Shown here: in pieces, positions 41,200-55,782 of the stretch
Position numbering within the stretch: position 1 is the first letter of the stretch
How the letters are laid out: the number at the start of each line of letters is the position of its first letter
Assembly (NCBI GenBank): GCA_964016885.1
Contig: OZ024742.1
Coordinates: 109,244,001 to 109,308,000 of the forward strand
Source: Eledone cirrhosa
Taxonomy: Eukaryota
DNA length: 64,000 bases
Direction of reading: 5' to 3'
Position numbers and translations under genes: made by a program
The notes under the pieces: generated by a model
What the model was told of the DNA's origin: nothing
Databases searched by the model: none
Seen by the model: only the letters and a program-made list of their open reading frames with translations

Positions 41200-42812
41200 A
41201 TTGATATTCTTTGGGAGGGTCATGTTGCCAATAAGAAACACACGCACCAGTTGCTTTCACTCCAATTTATTATAAATTAAATTTATAAATTTAAGAATTT
41301 ATAAATTTCCGGTTGGTTGGTTGGTTCCATAACCGGACGGTTGTTCATATATTGTCAAAGTTCTTTCGTCACACATTCTGTGACCTCTTCAGTGACTGGG
41401 GATTCTTTTCTTTGTTTTTGTGCCTCTCCTTTCTTCTGTCCTACGCCATCTTGTTTTTGTGTGTGTTGTGTGCTTAGTTTGCGCAGTGTTACATCCGGGT
41501 GTCTGTGTGTGTTTATATTTGTTTATTTATTTGTTTATTTACATGTTACTGGTTGGTTGTTTGTTCTATGTGTGTGTGTTTTCATTTTGTCCTTAATTGT
41601 AAGTTGTGATGTTGCTATTCCATTCACGTTTTCTATTTAATTTTGGTTGGAGTTCATTTATGTTTATTGCCTCTGTGATTTGGCTAAAATTGCGTCTTTT
41701 CTGTGTGTAGATTCTATTTTTATTTCTATGTTCTCTAATTTACCCTTATGTTCTATTTTAGCATGTTGGTGGTGTACAGATGATTCTTTTCTATCTTGAA
41801 CCTCTCGCCGGTGTTCATTTATCCGTTCTCCTATACTACGAGCTGTCTCACCTATGTACACTATATTCTTATCTCTACATTGTCCTTCGGTACATCTTAT
41901 GCTATATACTACATTTCTAGTTTTACAGTTAATATGGGGGCTTAGTTTACAGATTATACATTTCTTATCTATACAGGGAGGTCTTTGAAAAGGGTATGTA
42001 TTGCTAATAAGTGTTTTTATGGAGGTACCTAGTATTTCTACTATCTTAATATTGAGTTTATGTTTATCTAGGGCCCTTCTAAATGTGTAAGCTAATTCAC
42101 CCCTAGGATATGGGCTGTATTGATGAACATTACACTCTGGTATTTATTGCTATCATACCATGAGTTCATTCTGTTAATCTTATTCCTAGTTCTTTCTATT
42201 CTATTCCAAAATTTGCTCCTATACAAGGGGCAGGTCCCATTTGTATCATTATTTACCATTTTTTCCCATAGAGAACATAGAAATAAAAATAGAATCTACA
42301 CACAGAAAAGACGCAATGCTTAGACAAATCGCAGAGGCAATAAACATAAATGAACTCCAACCAAATTAAATAGAAAACATGAATGGAATAGCAATATCAC
42401 AACTTACAATTAAGGATAAAATGAAAACACACACACACATAGAACAAACAACCAACCAGTAACATGTAAATAAACAAATAAATGAACAAATATAAACACA
42501 CACAGACACCCGGATGTAACACATGCGCAAACTAAGCACACAACACACGCAAAAACAAGATGGCGTAGGACAGAAGAAAGGAGAGACACAAAAACAAAGA
42601 AAAGAATCCCCAGTCTCTGAAGAGGTCACAGAATGTGTGACGAAAGAACTTCGACAATATATGAACAACCGTCCGGTTATGGAACCAACCAACCAACCGG
42701 AAATTTATAAATTCTTAAATTTATAAATTTAATTTATATTAAATTGGAGTGAAAGCTACTGGTGCGTGTGTTTCTTATTGGCAACATGACCCTCCCAAAG
42801 CATAACAATATC
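41200..42812 (-). mobile_element. 5'-truncated PLE with inverted pLTRs
   Basis: 41209-41736 inverted at 42270-42800; minus strand 41640-42265 encodes CIDKKCIIC..CKTRNVVYSIRC...C..YIGETARSIGERINEH (GIY-YIG); HHRs at 41354-41396 (-) and 42613-42655 (+). Confidence 0.9.
41354..41396 (-). ncRNA. Minimal type I hammerhead
   Basis: gtca CTGAAGA g-gtcaca-gaatg-tgtgac GAAA gaac TT tgac. Confidence 0.7.
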
Positions 42813-43290
42813 GGTTTCAACACACGTTTTCAGATAAAGAAATTCAGAAACGAAATATATATATATATATATATATATCATTCTTCATACACGCATACAT
42901 CACACCTCACACACATACACAATCACACAAACGTAGATGAATATATGTTTCTTTTATTTCCAATTCGTTCTTCCAATGTTCGTCTTCCTCTCCACCACAA
43001 ACACACCCAACCATCCACTTTTTTACATTAGCGCCACCTTGACTGTGTAAATAAATAAAAAAGTGACGTATGTTAAAAGTTTGATTAAAACGAAAGGCCT
43101 GTCTGCCTGAGAGATTGGCCATAGACAACAATCACGATCAGCAATTGTTATGATAAAAGATTGCGCTTCTGGTCTTCCATAGGTCGTTATTTATTGTAGT
43201 TAAGTAGAAAGTAAATTGCTTGAATTTCCAATAAGAAAGAAACCAGAGAAATCTTTAACCGATTGCCTTTATTACTAATGAGACTATATG

Positions 43291-43378
<88 letters not shown>

Positions 43379-43413
43379 ACTCAGACTCACGCACACACAT
43401 ATATATATATGTA

Positions 43414-43527
<114 letters not shown>

Positions 43528-43562
43528 ACTCAGGCTCACGCACACATATATATATATATGTA

Positions 43563-43606
<44 letters not shown>

Positions 43607-43833
43607 TATAGGGGAGATACATTATATAAGTAAACCATTAATCTAGGATTCTGCAGGAGGAGCGAGAGTTGTGTACAGTGCGGTTGGCGGGGAGGGGAGT
43701 AGTTTGATTTTCTATCTATTATACTGAAGCTGCTGTACATATCGTGTAAAACCTCCGTATGTGTGCTCGTTAGAAAGAGAGAGGGAGAACGAATCAGAAA
43801 GACGATGAGAGTAAGATAGATAGATAGATAGAT

Positions 43834-43886
<53 letters not shown>

Positions 43887-43991
43887 GGGGGGAGAGAGAG
43901 GGGGGAGAGAAAAGTGCCAGTGCTCTTTTATAAATCCGACATTGAAACAAGTTGTTATCGAAAGGAGGAGTATGTGTATGTGTGTGTATGT

Positions 43992-44268
43992 GTTTGGCAC
44001 AAGGCCAGCAATTACCCCAGTGCATTACTGGTACTTTATTTTATCGACCCCCCCGTAAGGATGAAAGGTAAAGTTAACCTCGGCGGGATTTGAACTCAGA
44101 CCGTAAAGGGCCGTGGTAATGATGATGATCATGCTTCTGAAGACTATTATGATGGTGGTGGAGGTAATGATGGTGTTGGTGATATTGATGATAATGATGA
44201 TGATGACAACAATAATGATGATGATGATGATGATGGCAGTGGTGATGTTGATAGTTGTATAACGGTGG

Positions 44269-44306
<38 letters not shown>

Positions 44307-44490
44307 GTAATGACGATGATGATGATGATGATGATAATGACGATGATAACAGTGGTGGTGTTGATAGTTGCATCGGTGATGATGATGATAATGATGATGA
44401 TTCTGATAATGATGATGATGACAGTGGCAAGGGCCATAACTCTATGCTGCAAAGCATGGTGTCCGACCCTCTACCAATACTGCCAATCCA
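43992..44490 (-). mobile_element. S1 SINE split by a ~320-bp (GAT)n-rich tract
   Basis: SINE halves 43992-44112 and 44429-44490; aagggcc duplicated at both junctions. Confidence 0.8.
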
Positions 44491-44539
44491 CCGCCCCTCG
44501 TGTATGTGTTTTTATAATGACGATATAATCATACTGGGA

Positions 44540-44855
44540 CGGGCCACCGTTGATTTCGACGATGAGCATTCCAGTCGTTCCCTCAACGGAAAGAAAACCT
44601 ACTCTTGAAATTAACGTGTGTATGGTTAAGCATTCCACAGACATGTGTACTCTTAACGTAAGATTCAGGCATATTCAGCGTGACGCTGAGCGTCAGAAGC
44701 GCTTTGAATTACAGGTCGAGCTTATTTTTACCAGCTGAGAGGAAGAGAGTGGCAAGCGTCTTGCTCAAGTGTACAATGCACTGTTTAGCCCCCGGAATTC
44801 AAATCACGACTTTAGGATCGTGAGATGAACGTCCCAATCCTAAGCCATGTGTCTT
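44540..44855 (-). mobile_element. Diverged CORE-like tRNA SINE
   Basis: tcttgctcaag core and ctaagccatgtg head resemble the 22771 family. Confidence 0.6.
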
Positions 44856-45194
44856 CAAATATGATATGTATTTAAAATGTAACAGGTATTAAGCAATATA
44901 TGAACCATTTCTATGGGGGAACATATAACATTTTGGCGATGGTGTCTGGAAATACATGGAATATGACGTCGTTGCAGTCTACGAGTTTAATGGTGAATGC
45001 TCTTTGAGCAAAATAAATGGTGTCGTCAAATAAAGTATTTTGATCAAAAACACACGCGCACCGCCCAATTCGCCCCCCCCCCCACCCACACACACACATA
45101 AATACGTGAAGTGCTTTTAGATCGCTTGAACCGGCTTATCCTCACAAAGTTACAGCGTAACAACCACATGTTTGCACCTTACCTTCTTTGCACC

Positions 45195-45285
45195 CGTGTC
45201 TGAAAGAACCCGCAGAAGTAGAATCAGCCAGATCCATACAAGGACCATGTCTCGAGCTACCTGCCGGCGAAACAATTGTAACACG
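45195..45285 (+). ncRNA. Type I hammerhead with 1-nt core insertion
   Basis: cgtgt CTGAAAGA a-cc-c-gcag-aa-gtag...ctac-ctgc-c-gg-c GAAA caattg TA acacg; AATAAA follows. Confidence 0.7.
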
Positions 45286-45420
45286 CAATAAATTAAGTCC
45301 AGATGCATCACTGATTTTTCGTTTTCTTTATACTATCTACACTCTACTCTGCTGAATATCGAGTGCTAATTTTGGCATACCGCCTATGGAAGCACCATAG
45401 CTACCATTATACACAACTAT

Positions 45421-45516
<96 letters not shown>

Positions 45517-46007
45517 TATAAAACTGAAATTGTCTGTGTGTGTGTCCTAATGTTTGCAAAGTCTATACAAATCCACATTTCTACTCCGATTGACTTCAAA
45601 CTTGCATTTATATATTCCCTGCGGTCTAAAGATATTAACCGCAGTTTTTATTTTTCAATTTTCTGTTGTTAAAGGGGTGTTAGGCGCCGGTTAGCGATCT
45701 GTCTCTCTCTCTCTCTCTCTTTATTTCTTTCTTAGTCTGTCTTTTTATAATATCTGCCTGTATGTCTGCCTGTCTGCATTACGACATTATGAAAACATTG
45801 TTCTCATTGCTGACGTATTATCTTCACTATTTTCCGTTCATTGCCAGGGAACTTTTTTACGAACCAAAGTATCGTCTTCCTATTTTCCTTCGGTTGCAAC
45901 GTTTTTCGAAATATTTACTTTTGCGTTCTCAGATTGATTTTTTTAGTTTCAGAAGATCCCGTTAAGGGTGAAAGCAGCGATTCTTTGCTTAAACTTTAAT
46001 CTGTTAT

Positions 46008-46092
<85 letters not shown>

Positions 46093-46379
46093 TATATTCG
46101 TGTACAGATATTTTACATAGTCAACGGTTCAGAAAGCACATGCATCACTGACGAGTTTACTCCTTACTCTACCAGTTAGTCTTAGTGTACTTCGTCCTGC
46201 TTTTAGGTCATGCCTTGAAAAAAGAGATACTCTATTGGCCAAAATACTGCGAAAGCGGCAAGAAAAAGAACAAGGCGGGCAAACGAATCGTCAGTGGAAT
46301 CTGCTATTCGACGATCGCAAGATGCTGAACGTACTGCCACCAGAAGAGCACTTGAAACAAACAACCAACGAACCATTCG

Positions 46380-46595
46380 CCGAACCGTGTCAGCTTTGCA
46401 ATGTCTATCAAAAAATCCCAGGTTCAGACCCTAGCTGTTGCTGATCTTCTTTTGGAAGAGTCATGTTTTTCACACAGGCAACTATACGTTGGCTACTCAA
46501 GAGTGGAAAGCAAGACAAATCTCTTTGCATATGCCCGACACGGAAGAATAAGGAAGATTGTGTACAAGGAGGTGCTACAATCATTGTTTAGGTAG
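46380..46595 (+). pseudogene. Helitron PIF1-like helicase C-terminal fragment
   Basis: MSIKKSQVQTL..CFSHRQLYVGYSRV..IVYKEVL matches the Helitron RepHel C-terminus; 45513-45610 resembles a Helitron 5' end. Confidence 0.75.
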
Positions 46596-46802
46596 ACGAG
46601 GCAGAAGGGGATATAGACGATTGGCTGAAGAAGGACGAGACTGTGTTAGTAGTACGACCAACGACTGCTATCACACCAATAGCAGCAAAAACAACAACAA
46701 AAAAGAGAGGGAACGCAATTACATGTTTTTGAAAAATCTTAATGGAAAATTATTTGCCTAGGCACAAAATGTAGACACCATCCCCAGGCCGAGGCATTCC
46801 GT

Positions 46803-46951
<149 letters not shown>

Positions 46952-47008
46952 ATACTTTGGGAGGGTCATGTTGCCAAATTCAGAAACGAAATATATATAT
47001 ATATATAT

Positions 47009-47283
47009 AAAGGTAAAACACTGGAAGGTAATATCCATAGTAGTAGATCACTCAGTCCATGGGACGAGTTTGGTAGAAGTAGTAACACAACAGTCAGTTC
47101 ACCATACCAAGAACAATTGTTTCACCTTATGCGGATCTTCAGCTCGGACTGGTAATGGTTATACAGAACAGGAAAAAGCGGTTGTTTTTCCTGTACGGTA
47201 TAACCATTACCAGTCTGAGCTGAAGATCCGCATAAGGTGAAACAATTGTTCCTCGGTATGGGGAACTGACTGTTGTGTTACTA

Positions 47284-47286
<3 letters not shown>
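47009..47286 (-). mobile_element. Fold-back pLTR mini-element (family H) with two hammerheads
   Basis: Palindrome 47077-47286; HHRs 47107-47147 (-) ccgag CTGAAGA tccgcataaggt GAAA caattg TT cttgg and 47215-47256 (+). Confidence 0.8.
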
Positions 47287-47343
<57 letters not shown>

Positions 47344-47350
47344 TAGTAAC

Positions 47351-47441
<91 letters not shown>

Positions 47442-47599
47442 GCCAATTCGTCAATAGAAATTCAGAATTAGAGCCCACAGCCTACGAAATATTTACTTAA
47501 TTCGTAATTCACCTCTATCTACACCATAGGAACTAACTACCAACTGAAGATCACAGTCGCTGTATTGACGACTCAGTATAGGAATTAACTACGACGTAA

Positions 47600-47830
47600 A
47601 GTCCATAGTGGTTGTATTGAAAACATAACATAAAAAATTAGCTACCAAGTAATGGTCATATCAATTGTATTGAAAATTATATAAGAAATACCTACCAAGT
47701 AATGGTCAGTAATTGTATTGAAAACAATATAAGAAATATCTACCAAGAATGGTCATAGTAGTTGTATTGAAAACAATATAAAAAAAATAGCTACCAAGTG
47801 AATCTTATAGTAGTTGTATTGAAGACATAA
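47600..47830. repeat. ~50-55-bp minisatellite, 4-5 units
   Basis: Recurrent ttgtattgaaaa...ctaccaagtaatggtca. Confidence 0.75.
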
Positions 47831-48631
47831 ACAGGATGGCGTGTATCTTTAGAGAATATCAAGATTATGTTGAATAATTGATGTTCACATAGCTATATCG
47901 ATTGTCCCTCTGGGGTTTATGTAAAAGGAGAAATAATGGCGGAAAGCGACAATAGAAACGCCCTGAAGACAGTCGCCATTTTAAAATCTGCAGCATTTCT
48001 TTGATGGAATATAAATAACAACAATAACAACAATAACAACAACATCAACATCAATAACAGTAGTAGCAGCAGCAATAACAAGAACAGCAGCAACAACAGC
48101 AACAATGGCAGCTGCAACAACAACGAAAACAATAGCAACAGCAACAACAACAATAACAACAACAATAACAGCAACAGTAATAGAAAACTACCACAACAAC
48201 TATAATGATTTCTTTATTGTTGTTGCGCAATATTAATGTCCAAAATAACAACTGCAATAACGAAAGTATGATGACAACAACATCAACAGCAACAATACCA
48301 AGCGCAAAAAACAATAACTTAAACAACAATAATAACAACATCATCATCATTAACAATATCAACAGCAAAAGAACAATAACAACAACGATAAAGACAGCAC
48401 TATCACCACCAACATCATCATTATGAACAACGTCAACAGTAACAACAAATATACAAAAGAGACCGCAGAACAGCTGTACCGGAAGTAGCAGTAAAATCTG
48501 ATAAAAAAGCAATTATAAACATAATGCGAGTGAGAGGGGGAGCTATGTAGAAGATTGATCCGATAGAAATATGAGCCAAACTTCCCTCAAATTATAGCTT
48601 ACGATCTTTAAAAAATATATGTAGCAGAGTT

Positions 48632-48718
<87 letters not shown>

Positions 48719-48721
<3 letters not shown>

Positions 48722-49963
48722 AGAGGTAGAAGTTTTAAGGCTTTTCTTTTGAGGCACTTTTAATTGACCTACGTAACTGTCACTCTAATACATCCTTGAT
48801 ATAGTTATAAGTTAACATGCCAAAACCTCTTTTCCAGGTTGAAGGTTTGGGCCACTACAGCACCTTAAACACTACCCGTCATAGACGTCTTGTCACAGCT
48901 GACTGGTTCTACAATACAGTCGGAACGTAAGGACAACTTGGAGGCTCGATATGCAATAAAGCTTTGTGTGACGCTTGGCAAAAACACTGCAGAAACCTAT
49001 GAAATGGTCAAAGAGCGGGGTGACTCTTTTCCCCGGGCACGAGAGGTTCCAAGAGGGCAAAGGGCAGGTGCGGGACAACGAGATGTGGGACAGCGAGGGG
49101 CTCATCTGGACGTAAAAACTGGTCGACAAAATTCGCATCTCTTCTGATAATTGTTAAACACTCTGATGTGACTGAGGACACTGTGCATAATGACGATCAG
49201 AAAATGCACAAAGCTTGTTCCCAGGGTGCTCAATAAATATCAAAGGCAGAGGCGCGTTGATGAAATCAGGGTGATAGTCGTGTGGATCGCTTCGAATATA
49301 AATGTCTTTGAGTCTCTAGTGACCTGTTATGATCCACAGACCAAGGGACAGAGTACCCAGTGGAAACATTCTGACTCCCCAAGACCCAAGAAGACCAAGC
49401 GAAGCAGATGCACTGGGAAGCTCATGATGATCCCATTCTTCGACAGCAAGGGCATCATCTATAACCACTGGGCCCCCCGCGGCTAGACAGTCAATAAAGA
49501 GTACTATATAGAGGTATAGAGGTTTTTAGGCAGTTTAGAAAGAGATTTCTTTGCAAGCGACCATAACTCTTCAGGTCTGCTCAGAGGCACCAGAACCGGG
49601 ACAATGTCCCCATCCACAAATCCATAATGGTGACTAAATACTTGGCCGGTATGGGGATCAAGACTGTCCCTCATCCTCCCTAGAGTCCAAACTTAGCCCC
49701 ATGCGACTTCAGGATGTTCTCGAAGCTGAAGGAGAAGCTCAAGAGTATCCTTTCAGGATGTGGAGGAGATGAAGGAGGCTGTGACAAGCGCCATGAATAC
49801 CTTCACTGTGGATGGCTACAAGAGGGCCTTCCAGAAGAGACTGGAGCGCTACAAGTACGTTGAAGTTTGAGAATTCTACTTTGAAGGAGACAATAGTTTT
49901 GTGTTGATCTGAGTTAAAAAATGTCTCTTTGATAAAAGTCTTAAAACCCCTTTAGTATATCTC
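48719..49963 (+). mobile_element. Decayed mariner DNA transposon
   Basis: RYAIKLCVTLGKNTAETY, KLVPRVL, YDPQTK.QSTQW, KLMMIPFFDSKGII, DNVPIH, PHPP*SPNLAPCDF; eroded TIRs. Confidence 0.85.
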
Positions 49964-51277
49964 GTGTGTATATATATATATATATAATGTATATATAGAT
50001 CTCAATATTTTCTAGCCACCTGCAAGACGTGGAGGTATTCGTACAGAATCAGAATAAACATGGTTTAAGTTTATTTCATGAAATCGTGTTGCCTCACGTA
50101 AAATAAGATAAAAAATTACTCGGGAAGCGTCATTTTTATTCTTCGCCATTTTGTTTCATGTATCTTTAAGTTAAAAATCATTTCTGTTCAGTTCATTGTT
50201 ATTGAAATTATCATGAGAAAAAGTATATATGTATATATATATAGTGTGTGTGTGTATGTGTGTGTGTTAATCCTTTATTTGACGATTTCGTGATTCGAAA
50301 TAAAGTGGAGGTCTTGACAAATATAATGGATAGAGAAAAGAAAATCCTGGAAGAATAGTTTTGGTTTTGTGGATAGGAATTCCTTGAATGATTAAATTAT
50401 ATTGTATTGTATTGACAAGTATAGGAATTAGAAATGATTTACGACCAGATATTGTGAATGGACTGACGCCATAGTTTCTTCAAAGAAATAGCGGTGTGGG
50501 TGCTGTGGTTTGACAGCAACAGCAATAGTAACAATAGCATTCACTATAACAGTAACAACCACAGCAATGGCAATAACAATAACAACAATATTAGTAATAA
50601 CCAACGTAATAACAGCAGTAACATTAACAACAATAACAGCAATAACAACGACGATAGCAATAACAATGATTAGTAAAAATAAATGACAAACCAACAAAAT
50701 ATGGTAAGAACACTAAACAGTAAACAACGAAAGGAATGGAATTTGCATGAGTTGTTACAGAGAAACCGTTTGTAATCTAATTCAGGAATAAGTAACTTGC
50801 TCATTTACTATGATAAAACGACAATAGTTCAAATGTCATATTCATCTGAAAACTTTTTCTTTTTTCAATTTTCCCTTCTTATCAAGCGCCATCTCTACTA
50901 CGTGATATCAGTGTATTCATCACAGCCATCTATTCATACTTCTCTTTCTCTCACTCTCTCTCCTTCTCTCTTTTCCTCTCTCTTTCTCTTTCTCCCGGGC
51001 TCTCTCGCATTCTCTCATACTCTCTCTTCAATTCCCTATCCCTCCCCTCTTTCTGTTTCAGTTTCTCCTACTGTGCCTCTATGCCTCTCTCTCACTCTCA
51101 GTCTCATCCTCTGTCTTTCTGTTTTCCTGACTCTTTTCCTCTCCCTCTCTCTCCCCCTCTTTCTCTATCTCTCTCTCATTTGTATGCTTTATGACATACA
51201 AGATCAAGGCTTTTGTTGGTCGATTTAACGCATACTCTGCCCTTCCAGCCCACCAAACAGGTTTTGCATATTACATG

Positions 51278-51340
<63 letters not shown>

Positions 51341-51343
<3 letters not shown>

Positions 51344-51553
51344 TGTTTCTACTTTAAGCACAAGGTCAGCAATTTGAAGGAGAAAGGAAAGTCGATTAAA
51401 TCGACCCCAGTGCTTACTGGTACTTTATTTTATCGAACCCGCAAGGATTAAAGGCAAAGCTAACCTGACGGGATTTGAAATCAGAATGTAAAGGGTCGTA
51501 ACTCTATACCGCGAAGCGTGGTGCCCGGCATTCTACCGATACTGCCAATCCAC
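51341..51553 (-). mobile_element. S1 SINE with (TTA)n tail
   Basis: Match to S1; longer subfamily. Confidence 0.8.
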
Positions 51554-51689
51554 TTCCCTGGTGAAAAACAACAACAATAACAACAGCAACAAGAATAACA
51601 TTAAGAAAACCAAGAATTTTACATTCTTAGATTTGCAACCTCTAAATGTATGTATATATGTACTAAAAAAAAAAGTCTAAAGTCTGCCT

Positions 51690-51945
51690 TAAGCCAGAAG
51701 GTTCATTTGGCCGGTGCTTATCCCGGTTTCATGGTGTGAAGCGACTGAGAGTACAAGACTCCCCCATGGATAGGACGCCAGTCCACTGCAGTGTCAAACC
51801 CCCAGCTATTGCTGGTACTCATTTTGAGCTGAGTATACTGGAGCAACGTGAAATGAAGTGTTTTGCTCAAGAACACAACACACGACTCGACCCCTCGACA
51901 TTATAATCATAAGTCCGACGCCCTTACCACTAGGCCACGTGCCTC
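51690..51945 (-). mobile_element. CORE-like tRNA SINE
   Basis: gagcaacgtgaaatgaagtgttttgctcaag and head accactaggccacgtgcctc. Confidence 0.65.
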
Positions 51946-53059
51946 ACACATATACAAATATGCCGTATTTGACGACTAATAAGACGAACTTTCTTTTTCC
52001 CCAAAATGTGTCCCAGAAAATCACCCTGAGTCATATAAGGTCAAGTGTCAGTTTGGGTTACTGACTAGTGGAGTTCTAGTGCTGCAGTGGCTCTTAATTA
52101 AACCGCAAATGTAAACATGATGAATAAAATGAATTTATTTTCACTTTCTTTTGTTTTAAAAATGTACTAAATATTTCAACAAAAATACAATGTGGAGAAT
52201 AAAGCAAATTTATTTTCCCATTTTCTTATGTTTTAAAAAATGTACTAAAATATTACAACTAAATTTACGATGTAGAATGATAATAAAAATACGATCTACA
52301 AACTGTATGCCCTTCACCTGACATTCGTAATTTAAACCCATTTATATATTTATATATTTTTATATTTATATATTTTCATATTTATATATTTTTACATTTA
52401 TATATCTTTATATTTATATATTTTTATATTTATTTTTTAATGCCTGTCCAAATTGAGGTGCGTTTTAAAGCCTATGCGTCTTTTAAGCCATCAAATACGG
52501 TATATATGCATGTATTTATACATACATTTTCATCTTATCCTAAATTTAAGGACTTTTGGGGCTTAAATTTTAGATTTTTTAATTATTAATTTTAAATTAT
52601 GCGCGCTGGCTCGCTTGTGCGCGTTGTTTTACTTATGCGTGTGTGTGTATGTGTGTGACGTCCGAGTTTGCTCCATCCATCTCCAAATATCCATCTCTCC
52701 TCCATCTCCCCTTTGCTGTCAACTCTAAGCCACTATCTGACTTTTTGCCCCCAAACCTCAGGTAGGAAGGAATCGATTCCAATAGTGGTATTTATTTCAT
52801 CGAGCACGAATGGATGAATATCTCACCCCACTGTAGCGAGTTTGACTTCAAAACCTTGAAGAAGAGCAAGATGGGACTAAACAATTATAAACAACAACAA
52901 CAACCGCAAGCATTTTAAGGACATTTTCCTTGCTAAGTTGGGTTAACCTTGTGGGCCCCATGATCGTCTTTATACTCACCATGGAATTGAGAGGCAATGT
53001 TTTATTGCGAGACATCCTTCCCGGTGCCAGCCGTTTTAGTAAACCAGGCACCCACGGAG

Positions 53060-53610
53060 TAGGTGGAACCTATTGCAAACCATATACTTACAGGAATACC
53101 TATTGTAAACTGTATATTTTCAGGGATGCTGTGTGCCTATTCTAAATCAGGTAGACAGAAAAATAATATATACCTGTTGTGGAACAGGGATACAATGTGC
53201 CTGTTCTCTAAACCGGATAAACGAGGTAATACGATGTACTTACCGCAAACAGACCTGCCAACCTCTAAAAACTTAATTAAACGGGGAGTACTATGAAAAA
53301 ATGTGCCCCAAAACGTGGAGAAATGAGGCAGAATGGGGAGATTTTACATAGTGAAAGCTATACCCATTTTCACAAGAGAAAACCCTCTCTCACCCATCTT
53401 AAAGTGGGGGGGATATCTCCCCATTGGACAGGGAAAGTTGACAGGTCTTCGCAAAGCAAGTACACACAGTGATACGGTGCACCTATTCTATAAACCGGGT
53501 ACCAACAGAGATGTGCTGTACCTTCTTTAAACCGAATACACCCAGGGATGCGGTGTACCTATAATAAACCAGATACACAAAGAGATACTGTGTGCTTATT
53601 CTATAAATCG
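53060..53610. repeat. Degenerate ~38-bp minisatellite, interrupted at ~53270-53450
   Basis: Recurrent cctattctaaacc...cagggat..gtgt. Confidence 0.55.
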
Positions 53611-53964
53611 AAGAATGAAGTAATTTTAGTATATTTAATTTAATTTGGCAATATTACTGCTTCATTCACTCCCATTTTGACAGGACCAAATATGTTATTA
53701 ACAATATATATAATTCTCAGACATATTCGTCAGCTAATACTTATATTATGTATGTATGTCTGCTAAATTAAATTACCCATTTTCACTCACACTAAATCAT
53801 AACTTCTAGCTAAGCGAACCACTTCAACTTAAGCTGAAACAGCGAACGGTTAGTAAACAAACAATAGATTGTATTTTGCGAGAACTTATCAATGATGGAG
53901 AATGTTTTCTTAATTCATTGTCTGCCAACTTATTATATATATGTATGTGTGTGTGTGGAGGAGG

Positions 53965-54062
<98 letters not shown>

Positions 54063-54325
54063 GGGGGGGAGATAGATATCGGAAAAAACAAACAAAACTG
54101 CAAAATAACCAGATAAGATTTAAAGCTTCGAATTACCGTTTATTTTTACTTGATAGTTATGTAAATATTAGTATATATAAAGTGAAATGAATCAAATTGT
54201 TTTGGTAATCCCATCTAGACACAAAAGAAACTTTACACCCGCATTCATTCTTCATCTCTCTTGTTATTTATCGTACTACAGTGATTCATTCATAGATTTC
54301 TTGCGATTGAATCTAGTATGCATGG

Positions 54326-54414
<89 letters not shown>

Positions 54415-55714
54415 GCGGACGATGTCACCGTAGTGGTGTCGAACGCCAAACACATCGAGGCGATCGGCACTACACTAAGAGAATACGAAGCAGTAACAGG
54501 AGCAATGATCAACCAGGAAAAGTCAGTGGGTCTACAGCTCGGCACCTGGAGAGGCAGGTCCATGCCGTCCAACAGCGTCGTCGGGCGCTGGACGGACGGA
54601 CCGGTTAAATTGCTAGGGGTCTGGTTCGGTCCGGACCTCCAGACGGACACAAACTGGGACGAGGTGACGAGCAGGGTGGCTTCTCTCACCCAGAAATGGG
54701 CAGAGAGGAAGCTATCCCTGAAAGGTCGAGCGCAGGTGGTTAACGCGTACGACACGTCTGTCATCTGCTACCGCCTGACCGTCGTACCCTGTCCTAAGCC
54801 CCGCCTGACTGTGCTGGAGCGTTTGCTCTTTCGCTTTTTGTGGAAGGGACGCGCTCCGATGGTCAGGTGGTCCATCTGCTGTCAACACCCGCTACGTGGA
54901 GGGCTGGGAATGCCGTGGCTGATGATGCGCAGACACGCGCTCAGGCTACGACATCTCCACCTCTTCCTCGACGGTGATCAGGTGTGGTCGCCGTTTGCTA
55001 GACACGTATTTCCCCAGCTCGTTTCCTTGACGGAGCTGCAGTCCTGGGTCAAACGAAGACCGAGAGGGAACGCCTGGAGACTGGAATGTCTTGTGGGTTT
55101 ATGTCGAACACCTGCTGTCACGTGTAGGACGGATCCGGCTATCATCTGAGTCCATCGTGAGGATTGCCCCGCCCTCTTCCTTTAGCCGGGAAGGGCAGGA
55201 AGTTTTTATCTGTCTGGTGGCCATGGCGAAAGAGATAGTATGGTGGACACGTTTGAAAGGGCTGAAGACGAGCACTTACCTCTTCGGTGATGCCCTGATT
55301 GACTTTTTCAAATTTCATTTGAAAAGGAAAATCAGAGTAGAGAGGGAAGTGCTCTCTTCCCAGCATTTTGTTGAAAGATGGCTGAGAGAAGCAAGAATGG
55401 CCCGAGTGAATGGGCCTACTCTGAGTACGTATCTGTAGATTAAAGGTGGAAAACTGGGAGAGGGCACTTGCCATGGTGGTCAGGGTCACTGTGGCCTTTT
55501 ACTGGGCTTTCTCCACAAATGTCCCTCCGAAGTCTCCCCCCTATTGGGGAATTTTTCATTGTTATTTTTTATTACATCCTCTGTTTTTGTTTTTTACACA
55601 CAGAAATGCCCATTTGTACCGTCCTGTATTGTTGTCCTGCACTGTCCTTAATGTCTACTTTATGTAAACCCTTGTGGTTAATAAAGAAATCATTATTATT
55701 ATTATTATTATTAT

Positions 55715-55716
<2 letters not shown>
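54415..55716 (+). mobile_element. 5'-truncated Tx1/L1-clade LINE copy E (family A/B)
   Basis: Begins at the RT (Y)ADD motif; internal deletion at ~55090; same 3' UTR and (ATT)n tail; flanked by duplicated (TTA)n(GTA)n. Confidence 0.92.

Positions 55717-55782
<66 letters not shown>

Noticed and set aside
47600-47830. Regularly spaced repeats resembling a CRISPR array
   Set aside because: Whole units are homologous with no unique spacers; eukaryotic context; no cas genes
49990-54300. Possible host exons in less repetitive stretches
   Set aside because: No ORF with recognisable protein features; small exons cannot be excluded without RNA data
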